Below are positions 52,642 to 64,000 of a stretch of 64,000 bases of DNA, piece by piece. The stretch comes from Zootoca vivipara (lineage: Eukaryota), in assembly GCF_963506605.1 (NCBI RefSeq), contig NC_083288.1:38626001-38690000 (forward strand), given 5' to 3'. The notes below the pieces were generated by a model that made no database searches, had not been told where the DNA came from, and saw nothing but the letters and a program-made list of their open reading frames with translations. The position numbers were made by a program, and so were the translations under genes. Position 1 is the first letter of the stretch. The number at the start of each line of letters is the position of its first letter.

Positions 52642-54924
52642 GCAAAAGAGGAAGAAATGGATGAGGTGTTGGTGAGGAACAGGAACGGAAATTCAGCAGA
52701 GACGTTTCAGTTCAGCGCTGAGCCTACCTTGGAAGACATGTGAGACACCCTCCTTTCTCTCTTCCCACCTCACAGGCCCCACATTTATGGTTGATTATAA
52801 CTTTACCCTCTCCTCCTTCCCACCCCCAAATCTGCACCAATGTACAGGGGTCATTGGTAAGGCAGAAGGCGGGGAGATTAACAGTAGGTGGCGCCAGAGC
52901 CATTGAGAGGCGGAGCCATCCCCTGATTGGTTGTAAGTAAAGAGGCAGGCAAGTGGAGATTAGCCAAGAGCAAGTCTGAAGCTGCTGTGGCAGTGCCCCC
53001 TTTGCGCTAATGGACCAGCCTCTGCTGAACACAGCATCAACCTCTTTTCACCTCTCTTTCTCTCCCACAGCCGAAGACTCCAGTCTGGTTTCACAGCCGA
53101 GCGCGGCTGGAGGAAGTACCACCAGCCTCGGAATCTGCTGCTTGCTCTCGTCGGGGAGGTTGGGGAGTTGGCGGAGCTCTTGTGAGTACAGGTGACGGGA
53201 TTGCAGAGTGGGCCCCCATGGGCAGTATTTTGGGCAGGGAAGGGGAGAGGAGAGGAGAGGAGGTAGGCCTAAAGGTGCTTTCATAGAATCAGAAGGGTCC
53301 TTGGCAATCATCTGATCCAGCCTTTGCCAACCTGGTGCCCTCCAGAGGTTGTTGGACTACAACTCCCATCAGCTGGCACCACCTCCTGAGGTAGTCTGTT
53401 CCACTATTGAACAGCTCTTACTATCAGAAAGTTCTTCCTGATGTTTAGTCAGAATCTTTCTTGTAACTTGAATCTGTTGGTTCGAGGCCTATCCTCCAGA
53501 GCAGGAGAGAACAAATTAGCTCCGTCTTCCATGGGACAGCCCTTGAGATATTTGAAGATGGCTATCATATCTCCTCTCAGTCTCAGTGGAATGGTTTCCC
53601 TCTGGAGGTTGTGGACTCTCCTTCCCTGGAGGTTTTTAAGTAGAGGTTGGGTGGTCCTCTGTCATTGATGCTTTAGCTGAGATTCCTGCATTGAAGGGGG
53701 TTGGACTAGATGACCCTTAGGATCTCTTCCAACCCTACAGTTCTATGATTCTTTTCCAGGCTAAACATACCCAACTCCTTTAACTGTTCTTCATAAGGCT
53801 TGGTTTCCAGACCCTTGATCATCTTGGTTGTCCTCTGCACATGTTCCAGCTTGTCAGTATTATTCTTAAGTGACAGTGCCCAGAACTGGGCACTCAGGGT
53901 AACACTTCATACATCTGATAGAGTGGTCTGCAGTTGACGAAAGCTTACGCCACAATAAAGTTGTTAGCCTTTAAGATGGTGGCAGGGTGGACTCCTTTTC
54001 AGCCCTAGAGCCACATTCCCCTTTCCCGGAGACAAAAGTGGGCAGAGCAATCAGTCTAAATTTTATCTTCATAAGGTAGGTTAATGTCTACACCAGGCAT
54101 CCCCAAACTTCGGCCCTCCAGATGTTTTGGACTACAATCCCCATCATCCCTGACCATTGGTCTTATTAGCTAGGGATCATGGGAGTTGTAGGCCAAAACA
54201 TCTGGAGGGCCGCAGTTTGGGGATGCCTGGTCTACACGCATCTCTCTCTGTCCTTCAAGAGGCATGATTGGTGTTCAAGGACACATTTGAGCCAGGCAAA
54301 ACCTCTCAAGGAGGCTGGGGGGGGGCGGCCTAAGCAGAGTTCCAAGAGCGAGGCAGAGAGGTCTAGTGGGCACAGTCAGCTCTCAGGTGCCTCCCTCCTG
54401 CTTTAAGGTGTCCAAAGAGACTTTGCTGGCTTTGCTGCAACAAACAATCATAGCTTCCCTTTGGAACTTTGAATCCCTTCTTAGCTCCTTCCCCTCCTCA
54501 CACCATCGTTTCTCCCCTGTTGCCCTTTAGCCAATGGCGGGAAGAAGCCCCTGAAGGCCTGCCGGGCTGGACGGTGCCCGAGCGCGAAGCCCTCTCCGAC
54601 GAGCTCAGCGATGTCCTCATCTACCTGGTGACTCTGGCAGACAAGTGCTGTGTGGACCTTCCCTTGGCCGCCCTCCGCAAGATAGGGAAGAACCGCCTCA
54701 AATACCCGGCTGAGCGTGTTTACGGGTCGTCCAAGAAATACACCGAATACGAGAAGCAACAGGACGGTGCAGCTGCTTCTTCCGAAGCAGCGAGGGGAGA
54801 AAACTCTTGTGTGGCTTTGGGAAGCTCCCATCCTCCGGACACAAGCTGCGGGGGCTCCAATGGCGCTGGGGCTTCAGGGCTCAGGCAGGGCAGCACCTCA
54901 AAACAGGCCTCTGCTTCGTCGTAG
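52642..54924 (+). CDS. DCTPP1: dCTP pyrophosphatase 1 (MazG-like all-alpha NTP-PPase)
   Basis: Exons 52642-52739 (in-frame ATG at 52657), 53071-53181 and 54531-54924. [54 protein letters not shown]...SSKKY. The intron positions match my recollection of the mammalian gene. AATAAA at 55797. Confidence 0.96.
53385..53890 (-). mobile_element. CR1 LINE fragments (with a nested opposite-strand CR1 3' end at about 53585-53750)
   Basis: CR1-typical sequences GAAAGTTCTTCCTGATGTT, GGCTAAACATACCCA, GGTTGGACTAGATGACC and the TTCTATGATT tail. Confidence 0.7.
54094..54229. mobile_element. hAT (Charlie/Buster-type) MITE
   Basis: TIR CAGGCATCCCCAAACT; perfect TSD GTCTACAC. Confidence 0.93.
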
Positions 54925-56405
54925 TCTTTTTTGAGAGGAAAGCGCTTAATACAAAGGGAGCGATGTGGGGAGGGAAGGGTGCTGCCATTATTTCCTCCCT
55001 CTCCTTTTATGTTTTTGAAGGTTTAGATGGTGCTCACTCCAGTGAGGAAGGGAGCCCTATCTGGCAGGGGAATTGAAAGTGACTAGTCTGTGGGGGAAGG
55101 CCCTTTGCTCTACGCAGGCATTATGACTTTTATCTCAGATGTGAAACTGACAAGGGCCTTCTACACGCTTGGCCTCCTGACTAGGGCCCAGTTAGATGCC
55201 TCCATCTTAGTTTTTGTTTTTTAAGAAAGGAAGCCGGGGGAAGCTGCCTGTTTGCGCTGACTAATTAGGGCTGCTTTGCATCTGGATGTTTCCGGTCCAA
55301 AGCCATCCTCCTCAAGCTCCCCCCACCCACCCTGGTCCATTGATGTGTGTGGAAGAGATTAATTCCCCCCCCCCATGGGTGTAAGAGCAGCTTGAGAAGC
55401 ACTTTTAAGCAGGGAAATGGTTGGAGCGGGGAGGGTTAAGTAGTCCCTCACGAGGGTCCTTCCTCTGCCCAAAATGGCAGTCTCCTGTGGCTGTTTTCAT
55501 TTTAATATGCACATGGCCTTCAGCTCCTGAGAGACACTATCTTTTTCAGGCTGCGCTGTTGTACGCCCAATCAACAACCATATTGACGTTCTTGGTTACA
55601 GCATTACATTGAGAGCTTAAGAGTTACAGTTTTTCTATTCTGGAAAAAATGACTTGTTTTAGTATTGTCTCCTTGAGGCCCAGTTTTGCAACTCTCCTCG
55701 TGACCTCATGACCCACGTTTCAAATAATAGTGCGGCACTTTTGTTGCTGAGTACTTTTGGCCGTCACAGTTAAATTTGTCTGGAGAAGTAATCCTGAATA
55801 AATAGATCAAGTGGAAGTGAAAATAGGAATCCATAGAGGAGCATCTGTTTGGTGATAGGCTTCTTTGGAGATAAATATTCTGTGCTTGATAGTTTGTGGG
55901 AAAGTAGATGCCTACAAATGATTTGGAAGATCTGTTAGGAAGCCAGTCTTCAGCCTTGTAAAATACATTTTATTTCCTTTGAGCAGTCAATCATTGTGTC
56001 TTATTGAAAGATACTAAAACAGTCAGTGGACAATGGTGGGGGCGAGGGGGGGTGGAGAAAGAAGGGAGTTTTGTGTGTGTGTGATAGACAGGTTATCCAA
56101 TGTGATAACTTCTTAAGCCAGAGATGGGGGGCCTGTGGCCCTCTGAATATTGTGGGGACTCCAACTCCCATCAGCCTCAACTAGCATGGGCAAAGATCAG
56201 GGATGTTGGGAGTTGTAGTCCAGTAACATCTGGAGGTCCACAGGGGTTTTTTCTCTCAAATACATACGGTAGTATACCCACCAACACTTAACACTTCCAT
56301 TTCCGTTACTAGTGTGGCCCCCCTGCTTTGGCCACATAGAAGCAGAATTAAGTGTCTTTCCACCGGGATTCTCAAAGCACTGTGGGAAAGGAGCTCTGCT
56401 GCCTT

Positions 56406-59400
56406 TCAGAGGCTGTCACACTGCTCCCCTTTGCTCTGCAGCATCTGTGCTTGCATCTTCTGCAGCATTTCCTGCATCCGACGGAGCTGGACAAAGAGAG
56501 ACGAGAGAGAGAGGTGCCGAGGTTGCCTTTGCCTTGGGGGTGGACCCACCTTTTTTGTATCGCTTGCTGGGTGCTAAGATGCAGCTGCTGAAGGACTCGG
56601 ATCTAACATCGGACAGGGTCAGCTCCAACAGAAAGCACAAACACAAAGCCTTAAAACATGCAAAGACTCACCTCCTCGTCTTTCTCGCGAATTAATTTCT
56701 CCGTCTCGGCCAGAGGCAGGAGTGGCAGCTCAGTGGCACTTTGACGTGACAGTTTCCTAGGGAGGTGAAAGAGAGCTGGTGATAGAACACGGGAAGATCC
56801 TGGCTCCTGCTTGTACATTAGCTGAGGAGAAAGGCTGTAGCCCAGGGGTAGAGCACACGTGTCTTGCATGTGGAAGGTCCTGGGTTCAATCCCCAGGGTC
56901 TCCAGGTAGAGCTGGCGGAGGACCCTGCTCAAACTCTGGAAAGCTGCTCCCAGGCAGTGTAGACCAGCATTCTTCAACCTTGGGTGCCCAGTCATAGCTG
57001 GACAACAATTCCCACCAGCCCTGACCATTGGCTAAGCTGACCGGGGGCGGTGGGAGTTTCAGTCCAACAATATTTGGGGACCCAAGGCTGAAGAACAATG
57101 GGTGCAGGGCATTGCTGAGCTAGATGGACAAATGGCTGGACTCTGCGCAAGGCAGCTTGCTATGTTCACTGGATCATACCAATAAAGCAGTGCAGCATAG
57201 CGGCAAAGAGTAAGTGTGACATGGCAGCAAGATAATGGGTGTAAGGCAGGATTCCTGGTTAACTATGAACAAACAGCATGCTAGTGCCTGCAGCACATTC
57301 CACCCTGCCTGCAAGCAAGGAGTGGGCTACATACATACCCCTACCTGAAGCATTACTAACACAGCTCTTTTCCCCAGTCCTTAAGCCAGGATGAGGGAAA
57401 CCTTTGGCCCTCCAGATGTTGCTGAAATAAGACTCCAATCAAGCCTAGCAGGGGAGGACCTGGGATGATGGGAGCTGTAGTTCAGTAACATCTGGGTGGG
57501 CAAAGGTTCCCCACATCTGCCTTAAAAGCACTTTGTTAAATTGCCAGTAGGGAGTTAAGTGAAGGAACTGGGAACTGCCAACTTACATCCTCGGTATTTG
57601 CTGGATAGAACTTGTCTTTTTAAAGGATATATCAGTGTGGAGTGTGTGCAGTTCCGTTTTATGGTCATTTTCCTGTCTTAAATTAACCAGACTCTCTCCA
57701 GACTCTCTGTTCATCTCATAACTGAGCCTTCTGCCCTGGCCTGTCCAAAGCCTCTTCCCTTACAGAAAACAGAATCTGCTTACGCGCGGCTGCTGCGGTC
57801 TCGTGCCCCAGGTCTGGTCAGACTCTGAATGCACTGCGCGCGGTAGTTTTCGTAATGGACTTCGTGGGTCACATCCTTTAAGTCCTGCATATGGGTTTGA
57901 ATCAGCATGTTCCGAAGTTTGAGGAAGTCGCAGTGAGCAGCGTTTTCCACTAGGGGGTGGGGTGGGGGAAAATAGGAAGTTGAGATCAGTAACTTCCTTT
58001 GACACAGCGCCCTCTACTGAGTGCCCTCTCAATGCAACTTACCTTCCACTGTCCCCCAAGGATATTGCCGTCCCCGGAACACTTTGTCCTTCGACTCTTT
58101 GACCACCTGACTGGATCCAATCACAGCAAAGGGGATGCTTTGCTGCAGGAAGAATGCCAATGAGGCCCATTATTGCTCCACCTTTTCTATCCCACCCGGT
58201 ACTTCTCCCCCACAGAGGGAAGACCAGACCAGAGCTCATCACCTTCATCTCCGCATCCTGAGCTTTGAACTCTTCGTCTTCATCCGAGTCACAGTCAGGA
58301 AACTCGTAGATATTGATCCCATTTTCCTCTAGCTCCTGCCGGATCTGTATGTCCAAAGGAATCAAAATGAGGAGCTAAAATACCCAGGAAATGTAGCTAT
58401 GCAGAGGACAGGACTAGCAGTGGGGTGTGTGAAGAAATTGGCTCCAGAGGTGCAGGTATTGCAATGAGATTTCCTGTAGAGAGCGCTGGAGGTTCCATAT
58501 CCTTATGGTAAGGTGTTTACTTCAGACAAGCGTGCTACTTGCTGCATGCACCTGTTCCAACCCAGCATATATGAGTTTCCCCTGCAACACCCCTTTCAGA
58601 AGCCTCCCACAGGAACATAGGGGCTGCCCCACATGGTGTCAGGCCATTGGTCCATCTAGCTCTGTCATTGATTGACAGAGGCTCTCCAGGGTTTCAGGTT
58701 GGGAGTCTACCTGGAGATGCCGGGGATTGAACCTGGGACCTTCTGCATGCAAAGCAGATGCTCTTCCAGCTGAGCTACGGTGGCCCTTCCCCTTTCTCAC
58801 CTTCTCTTTCTTGTGTTTCACCTCTGTTGGAGTCAAGCTGTCCGCCTTTCCGATCACCGGCACAATATTGACTTTGTCGTGGATGGCTCGGAGGAATACA
58901 ATGTCCAGGGGGCGGAGCCTGTGGCAGAGGGGCGGGATCAAAATCCTTGACCCCTCTTTTCAGAGCCCCTAGCAGTTCTGCCTCCTACCCCTACTCACCC
59001 CTGGAGTCTCAAAGCTGGGCTTGTTTGCACAATTGGTTGAATTGTGATTGCCCTCTCTCGCCATTCATTCATTTTTTAATAAAATTTTTTAAAAAACCAA
59101 TCAGGATTCCAGCCCACGTAAGATCTGGCTGCCAGGTTTGTGCTGATAAGCTGGGCTGTCAGCACTAAAGGAAGTTGGCACATGCTCAGTGGCACTTTAT
59201 TATGCTGCCACCCATCCCAGCAATGAACTAGGTGCTGGAAATAAAAACCATGGAAGCTGCCCTTCATTTGGAGAGCTGCTGTCCTTTCAAGTGCTGAAAG
59301 ACATGACTCTGACTCCCTATGGCCACTATGACCAAACCCTAAAGCTCCACACATCTTACCCGTGTCCAAAGGGTGAGAGGACATAAAGACAGCAGTGGAC

Positions 59401-62400
59401 ACGCCCATCCTGAATGTTCTTGCGGTCCAAGCCGCTCTCATCTCGAAAGTACTGCTCAAACTGGGAATCAATATAGTGGGCAATTGGCTTCCAGCTGCAG
59501 TAAAAACCAGGTAGGAGAAGAAAGGGGGATGAGGTGGTGAGAAAGCCCCGTTGCTAGTCAGAATCATACACACACACCCTCACCGAATCCTAGTTTCCTT
59601 AGCTACATTTATGTAATGAGGGGGACTAGACTAGAGCCTGGATTGGTCTTTAAAGGCCAGGAGGAAGATCAGCTACTTTCACATAGACACGTATCACTTG
59701 CCTAGTGTCATAGGGCATCAAAGTTCTATCTGAGACATAACAAACCATGGTTTCCTGTGGCATGTGAGCTATAGTTTGTCCACCAAACTATGATCTTAAG
59801 CCCAGTTTGGTTGGCATCACGTCTGAATCAGTAATCTATGGTTTGGGCCCATTGCTTCACTCTCAAAGGCCACTGCTTGCAACAGAATCTGGGGGTTCTC
59901 AAGATAAGGAGGGGAAGAAAGTAGGGGCGCACACTGTTATTTGCTTGTAACATCTGAAACAGTTAACATAAGCCACGGTTTGAGGTCTCAGTGCAAACCA
60001 ACCCTCTGTGTTGCTTGCTCTATAGTGAAAACCAGTCATTGGAATAGGGTGGGCAATCCTTTTTTCAGTCAAGGGCCACATGTCCTCCAGGATAATCTCA
60101 TCAAGGATTATATACAAGAAGTGGGTGGGACCTGTCTTTTCTCTCCCTCTCTGCCCTCTTATTTCTCTTTCATATACTGCTTTTCCCTCTCCTGCCACCT
60201 GCATGAAATTAGTCGAAGGGGTACATGATGCCTACTTCTGCATTACATGCTATAATTGGGTGCTGAACATTCATGTATGAACTCTTTCCGCATCCTCCAT
60301 CCTTTGGGATTTCAAAAGTAGACAATATATGCTTTCTTCACTTTCAAAGAACCAATAAATATTGGCCTTCAGCACCCCTGAATTTGGACCCACTTCCCCA
60401 CTTCCCACCCATGAATCCTTGATCCCCCAGATCTGGTTCCCAGGTCCCACCTTCCCTGCTATTGCACCTTACTCTTCATCAGAACTGGGGCACAGGAATA
60501 CATACAGCTGGCCTCTTACCACTCAGTGTTGTCCACTGCATCTCCAAATCCTGGGGTATCGATCACCGTCAATTTGACTTTCACTCCCCTTTCTTCAATG
60601 TCTACCGCATGCTTGACAATTTCCAAAGTCTGGGGGATCCTGCCTGTGAGGTGGGGGAGACAGGGGAGTAATAGCACTGGGGTCACTTTCTCAGCTCTCC
60701 CTACCCCATCCAAAAACATTGCAGACTGGGGCTGCCATCAGTCGTCCTTACCTTGCGCATCCGGAAGTATCCGGTCCTTGTATAGATCTGTCAAGAAGAG
60801 GCTATTGACAAGAGTGGATTTTCCCAGCCCAGATTCTCCTATTGGATGAATGAACGTGAAGGTATCAGCTGATGATCCTCGAACTTGGAGGAACTTGATT
60901 AAGACAGGTATAAGCCTGAGAGATTAATTTTCTGGTTTTCAGGTCTGGAGATGCTTGAGGAATTTTATTTCTATGAATTCCGATGCAAACCTGACCTCAA
61001 CGGATGCCTCCTGTACTGATCTTCTTTCAGTTATGTCTCCAAATTTTGCAATACAGTCCTTTGCTCAAAAAAATGCAGCAACATGAAAATGCATATTTTT
61101 TATTTTTTTAAAAAAGGCAGTTTAGATATGTTTACAGTGGGATAAAGTACAAATTTACTTATCATTTAAACAAATTATCATACGGGTTGTTGTTTTTTCA
61201 AATTATAGATTAAAGCAGCAGTGGTACAAAAATGAATTTATTAATAAACATAGTAAACAGGGCCGGCTCTAAGGCAAGGCTGGGTGGCACAGGGCGTCGG
61301 GCCGCCAAGGGGCTGTGCCCGCGGCAGCCGCGCTGTGCGCTGTGCCCGCCGCGCTGGGAAACAGGGCGGGGGGGGGGGGTGTGCCGGGAGGATCTTCGAA
61401 CCAGGGCGCCAGATACGCTTAAGATGGCCCTGATAGTAAATTAGCACAGTCTGGAAACAGACTGGTCTGTCCAGCCCTAGTCAGGATTCTCATTTCTGTC
61501 CCTACCTCTGGAAGCAGAATATATCCTAGTGCAGGCTTCCTCAACCTCGGCCCTCCAGATGTTTTGAGATTACAATTCCCAGCATCCTTGACCACTGGTC
61601 CTGCTAGCTAGGGATCATGGGAGTTGTAGGCCAAAAACATCTGGAAGGTTGAGGTTGAGGAAGCCTGTCCTGGGGAGTTCGAGGAGCAGGCCTGAGAGAC
61701 TCCCTTCTCCTATGACACCTAAGAACTGTATGTGTCTCAAGTTACATTCTAGTGTGGCTTGGCACAAAAGGCAGCCAAATTGCCCACTGATCAATTGCCA
61801 TCAATGCTTTGACCAGGGGGTTGGGCACTTTTTTTCAGGGCAATCCCTTCTGGTCACGCTTTCAGGGTCCACCAGCCAATGGTGGGCAGGCCAGAGACAA
61901 AAGTGGGCTGAACCATTCATGTGAATGTTACCACTGTATAATAGATTAGTTTCTACACAAGCACACTCATGTAGTCTTCTCTATCCAGACAGCCAAAAGG
62001 CTTGATCATAGGTCAAAGCAGTGGCAGACCTTGGGCTTTAAAATTTCAGCAGCGCCTTGTGCGACACCAAATTTCAGCGCCCTCCCCCCCTCCAACTCGC
62101 TTTCCATTGTTTGTCATTGTTGCAGAGCACCCTGCAGCACCCTCTCAGCTCGGGACCCAGTGTGGGGGAACCAGTTGTGCTCCCCAAAATCCACCTCTGG
62201 TCAAATACACATCAGACATAAAAATCTATAATATATAAAAGGATGTCATATAGAGGAGGGAGAAAGGTTGTTTTCTGCTGCTCCAGAGAAGCGGACACGG
62301 AGCAATGGATTCAAACTACAAGAAAGAAGATTCCACCTAAACATTAGGAAGAACTTCCTGACCGTAAGCTGTTCGGCAGTGGAATTTGCTGCCAAGGAGT

Positions 62401-63077
62401 GTTGTGGAGTCTCCTTCTTTGGAGGTCTTTAAGCAGAGACTTGACAGGCATATGTCAAGAATGCTTTGATGGTGTTTCCTGCTTGGCAGGGGGTTGGACT
62501 GAATGGCCCTTGTGGTCTCTTCCAGCTCTATGATTCCATGATAATGTGTGGTGTTCAAAGCCCAGTCGGGGATGGGGAGGAGAGGGTTGTGCCCTACAGA
62601 GAGCCCTGAGGACCAGGCAGAGAGGCCTGAATGGCTGCACTTGGTGTGCATGCCAGAGTCTCTTCCACAACCTGGTTTGAACCATGCAAAAACCAACACT
62701 CAAGGGCACCTCTTCATTTTGCACGACAAAACAGCAGGCCTGCAATAGCATGGAAAGGAAAGAGAGCTGCAGGGAGTGTGTCTGGGTGCATTCAGGCGTG
62801 TTGGAGCTGATGAGGATGGAGAAAGTGGGCCTTTTCAACACGTTACCTGCAACCATCAGAGTGAAGTCGAACCCCTTCTTCACGGACTTTCTGTGGACTT
62901 GGGTGGGCAGAGTTGCAAATCCAACGTAATCTTTGTCCTGAGGCAGACAAGAAAGATAGCGTCAGGAGGAGGCGTCCCACTGACTGGTCCTTCTGAGGTG
63001 TTCAGAGAGAGACTCAAGAGAAAATAACGCAAAGGAAGAAAGGCAAAAGAGAATCTATCTTACGGGTTTCTTACCAT
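56406..63077 (-). CDS. SEPTIN1: Septin 1, about 363 aa
   Basis: Exons 63077-63075 (ATG), 62937-62847, 60838-60752, 60643-60520, 59494-59360, 58918-58801, 58344-58243, 58142-58043, 57949-57784, 56756-56672 and 56486-56406 (1092 nt). G1 [10 protein letters not shown]3 DTPG, G4 GKAD, SEPT1-like [28 protein letters not shown]. Minus-strand AATAAA at 55969-55974. Confidence 0.95.
56832..57165 (+). mobile_element. tRNA-derived SINE interrupted by a degenerate hAT MITE (about 56967-57100)
   Basis: Head GGCTGTAGCCCAGGGGTAGAGC...GGGTTCAATCC; the body resumes at TGAGCTAGATGGAC after the insert. Confidence 0.65.
58615..58790 (-). mobile_element. tRNA-derived SINE
   Basis: Reverse-strand GGGCCACCGTAGCTCAGC...GGTCCCAGGTTCAATCCCCGGCATCTCCA plus the family body. 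Confidence 0.75.
61258..61432. mobile_element. GC-rich hAT MITE
   Basis: TIR CAGGGCC...GGCCCTG; perfect 8-bp TSD ATAGTAAA. Confidence 0.85.
61532..61667. mobile_element. hAT MITE (variant subfamily)
   Basis: TIR CAGGCTTCCTCAACCT; same internal palindrome as the 136-bp family. Confidence 0.85.
62225..62540 (+). mobile_element. CR1 LINE 3' end
   Basis: RT C-terminal sequence (KGCHIEEG..., IRKNFL) and the 3' UTR GGGTTGGACTGAATGGCC...CTATGATTCCATGA. Confidence 0.85.
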
Positions 63078-64000
63078 AATTGGTATCTAGTTGTACGGAG
63101 GAGACGCTGCAGGGATGTTGACGTGCACCTTGCTGGCTCAAACACCAACTTCCTGTGGCGGTGAAACAGGAAGCCAGCTTTGCACCCGTATCAGAGCATT
63201 GTCATCTCCCATTGGCTGGCCTATTTTCGTTTCCCTCCTTTCCTTCCACCTGTGGGCAGCACACATTTCAAGTTAAAATATCACCGCTTGGAAGGTTGTG
63301 TGGGAGCTCCCTGACGCACTGCCTTTTCCTCAACTCTTATGCTCATGGGACAAGCTTGTAAATTGTGAAAGAGTTCACTTCTCGCCCCCTTGTTGCGACC
63401 CATTTCCTCACAAACCAAACAGTGCTCAAGGGGGCTTATGAAACAAGCACACGCAGAAGAGAGGCTTTGGGTACATTCTCATTGCCACTTGCTCTGCATT
63501 CAGTGCGCTCCCTGTGCCCGTTTTTGAAGCTGCATTCGCATGACGTTTAGCCACAAGCCGTATCAGACCTGTAGCTTCTTGGCAAATACTGCTGTTCGGT
63601 GTGTTTTCCCCTCTAGCCAGGTTCAGTCCAACTAGAAAACTTAAACAACATTCACATTGTACTTAAAAGTGGTGTGGGCATTTGAGACAAGCATCGTGCA
63701 TGCGCAGATGAGAATGCATGCACAGGTGACAACTTCATGAAGAAGAAATAAAATCATTATTGAAATCATAATCAAATCAAGATCAGACAAGAGAACAACT
63801 TTTTTGTGTGCATGAAGTTTGTCTCAAATTAGACCTGATATAAAGGAGATTACCCGGCGAAAGCAAGATCACACCTCTCACTGAGTTTGCATACTTACTT
63901 AAGGTACATATGTAAGAGGCTCGTTTATAATTATCTTTTGGGAATGATTCATGTTCTTGTGCATTGTTTTATACTTTGTGGATGTCCCATGATCATATTA

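Noticed and set aside
56406-56420. SEPTIN1 C-terminal CDSL as a CaaX prenylation motif
   Set aside because: D and S at the two 'aa' positions fit the motif poorly.

Overview
This is vertebrate genomic DNA, almost certainly from a squamate and probably a lacertid lizard, judging by the Sauria SINEs, a BovB LINE and lizard-type hAT MITEs. The region is syntenic with human 16p11.2. Six protein-coding genes can be reconstructed with phase-consistent GT-AG introns: a PHETA/sesquipedalian (FAM109)-family gene with a single coding exon (+), TBC1D10B (-, 9 exons, ~805 aa), MYL11/MYLPF (+, 7 exons, 170 aa), QPRT (-, 3 coding exons, ~301 aa), DCTPP1 (+) and SEPTIN1 (-, 11 exons, ~363 aa). Introns and intergenic DNA hold many TEs (L1, L2, CR1, BovB, SINEs, hAT/Harbinger/Tc MITEs, nested solo LTRs). 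The two most notable observations are: (1) an upstream exon encoding a transposase-type C2H2 zinc finger that can splice in frame onto DCTPP1, a candidate transposase-capture fusion with a dNTP-sanitising enzyme; (2) a PHETA paralogue at a locus where none is known in humans, with an OCRL-binding F&H motif and a C-terminal clathrin-box-like LIDFE. All calls were made by eye without database searches.
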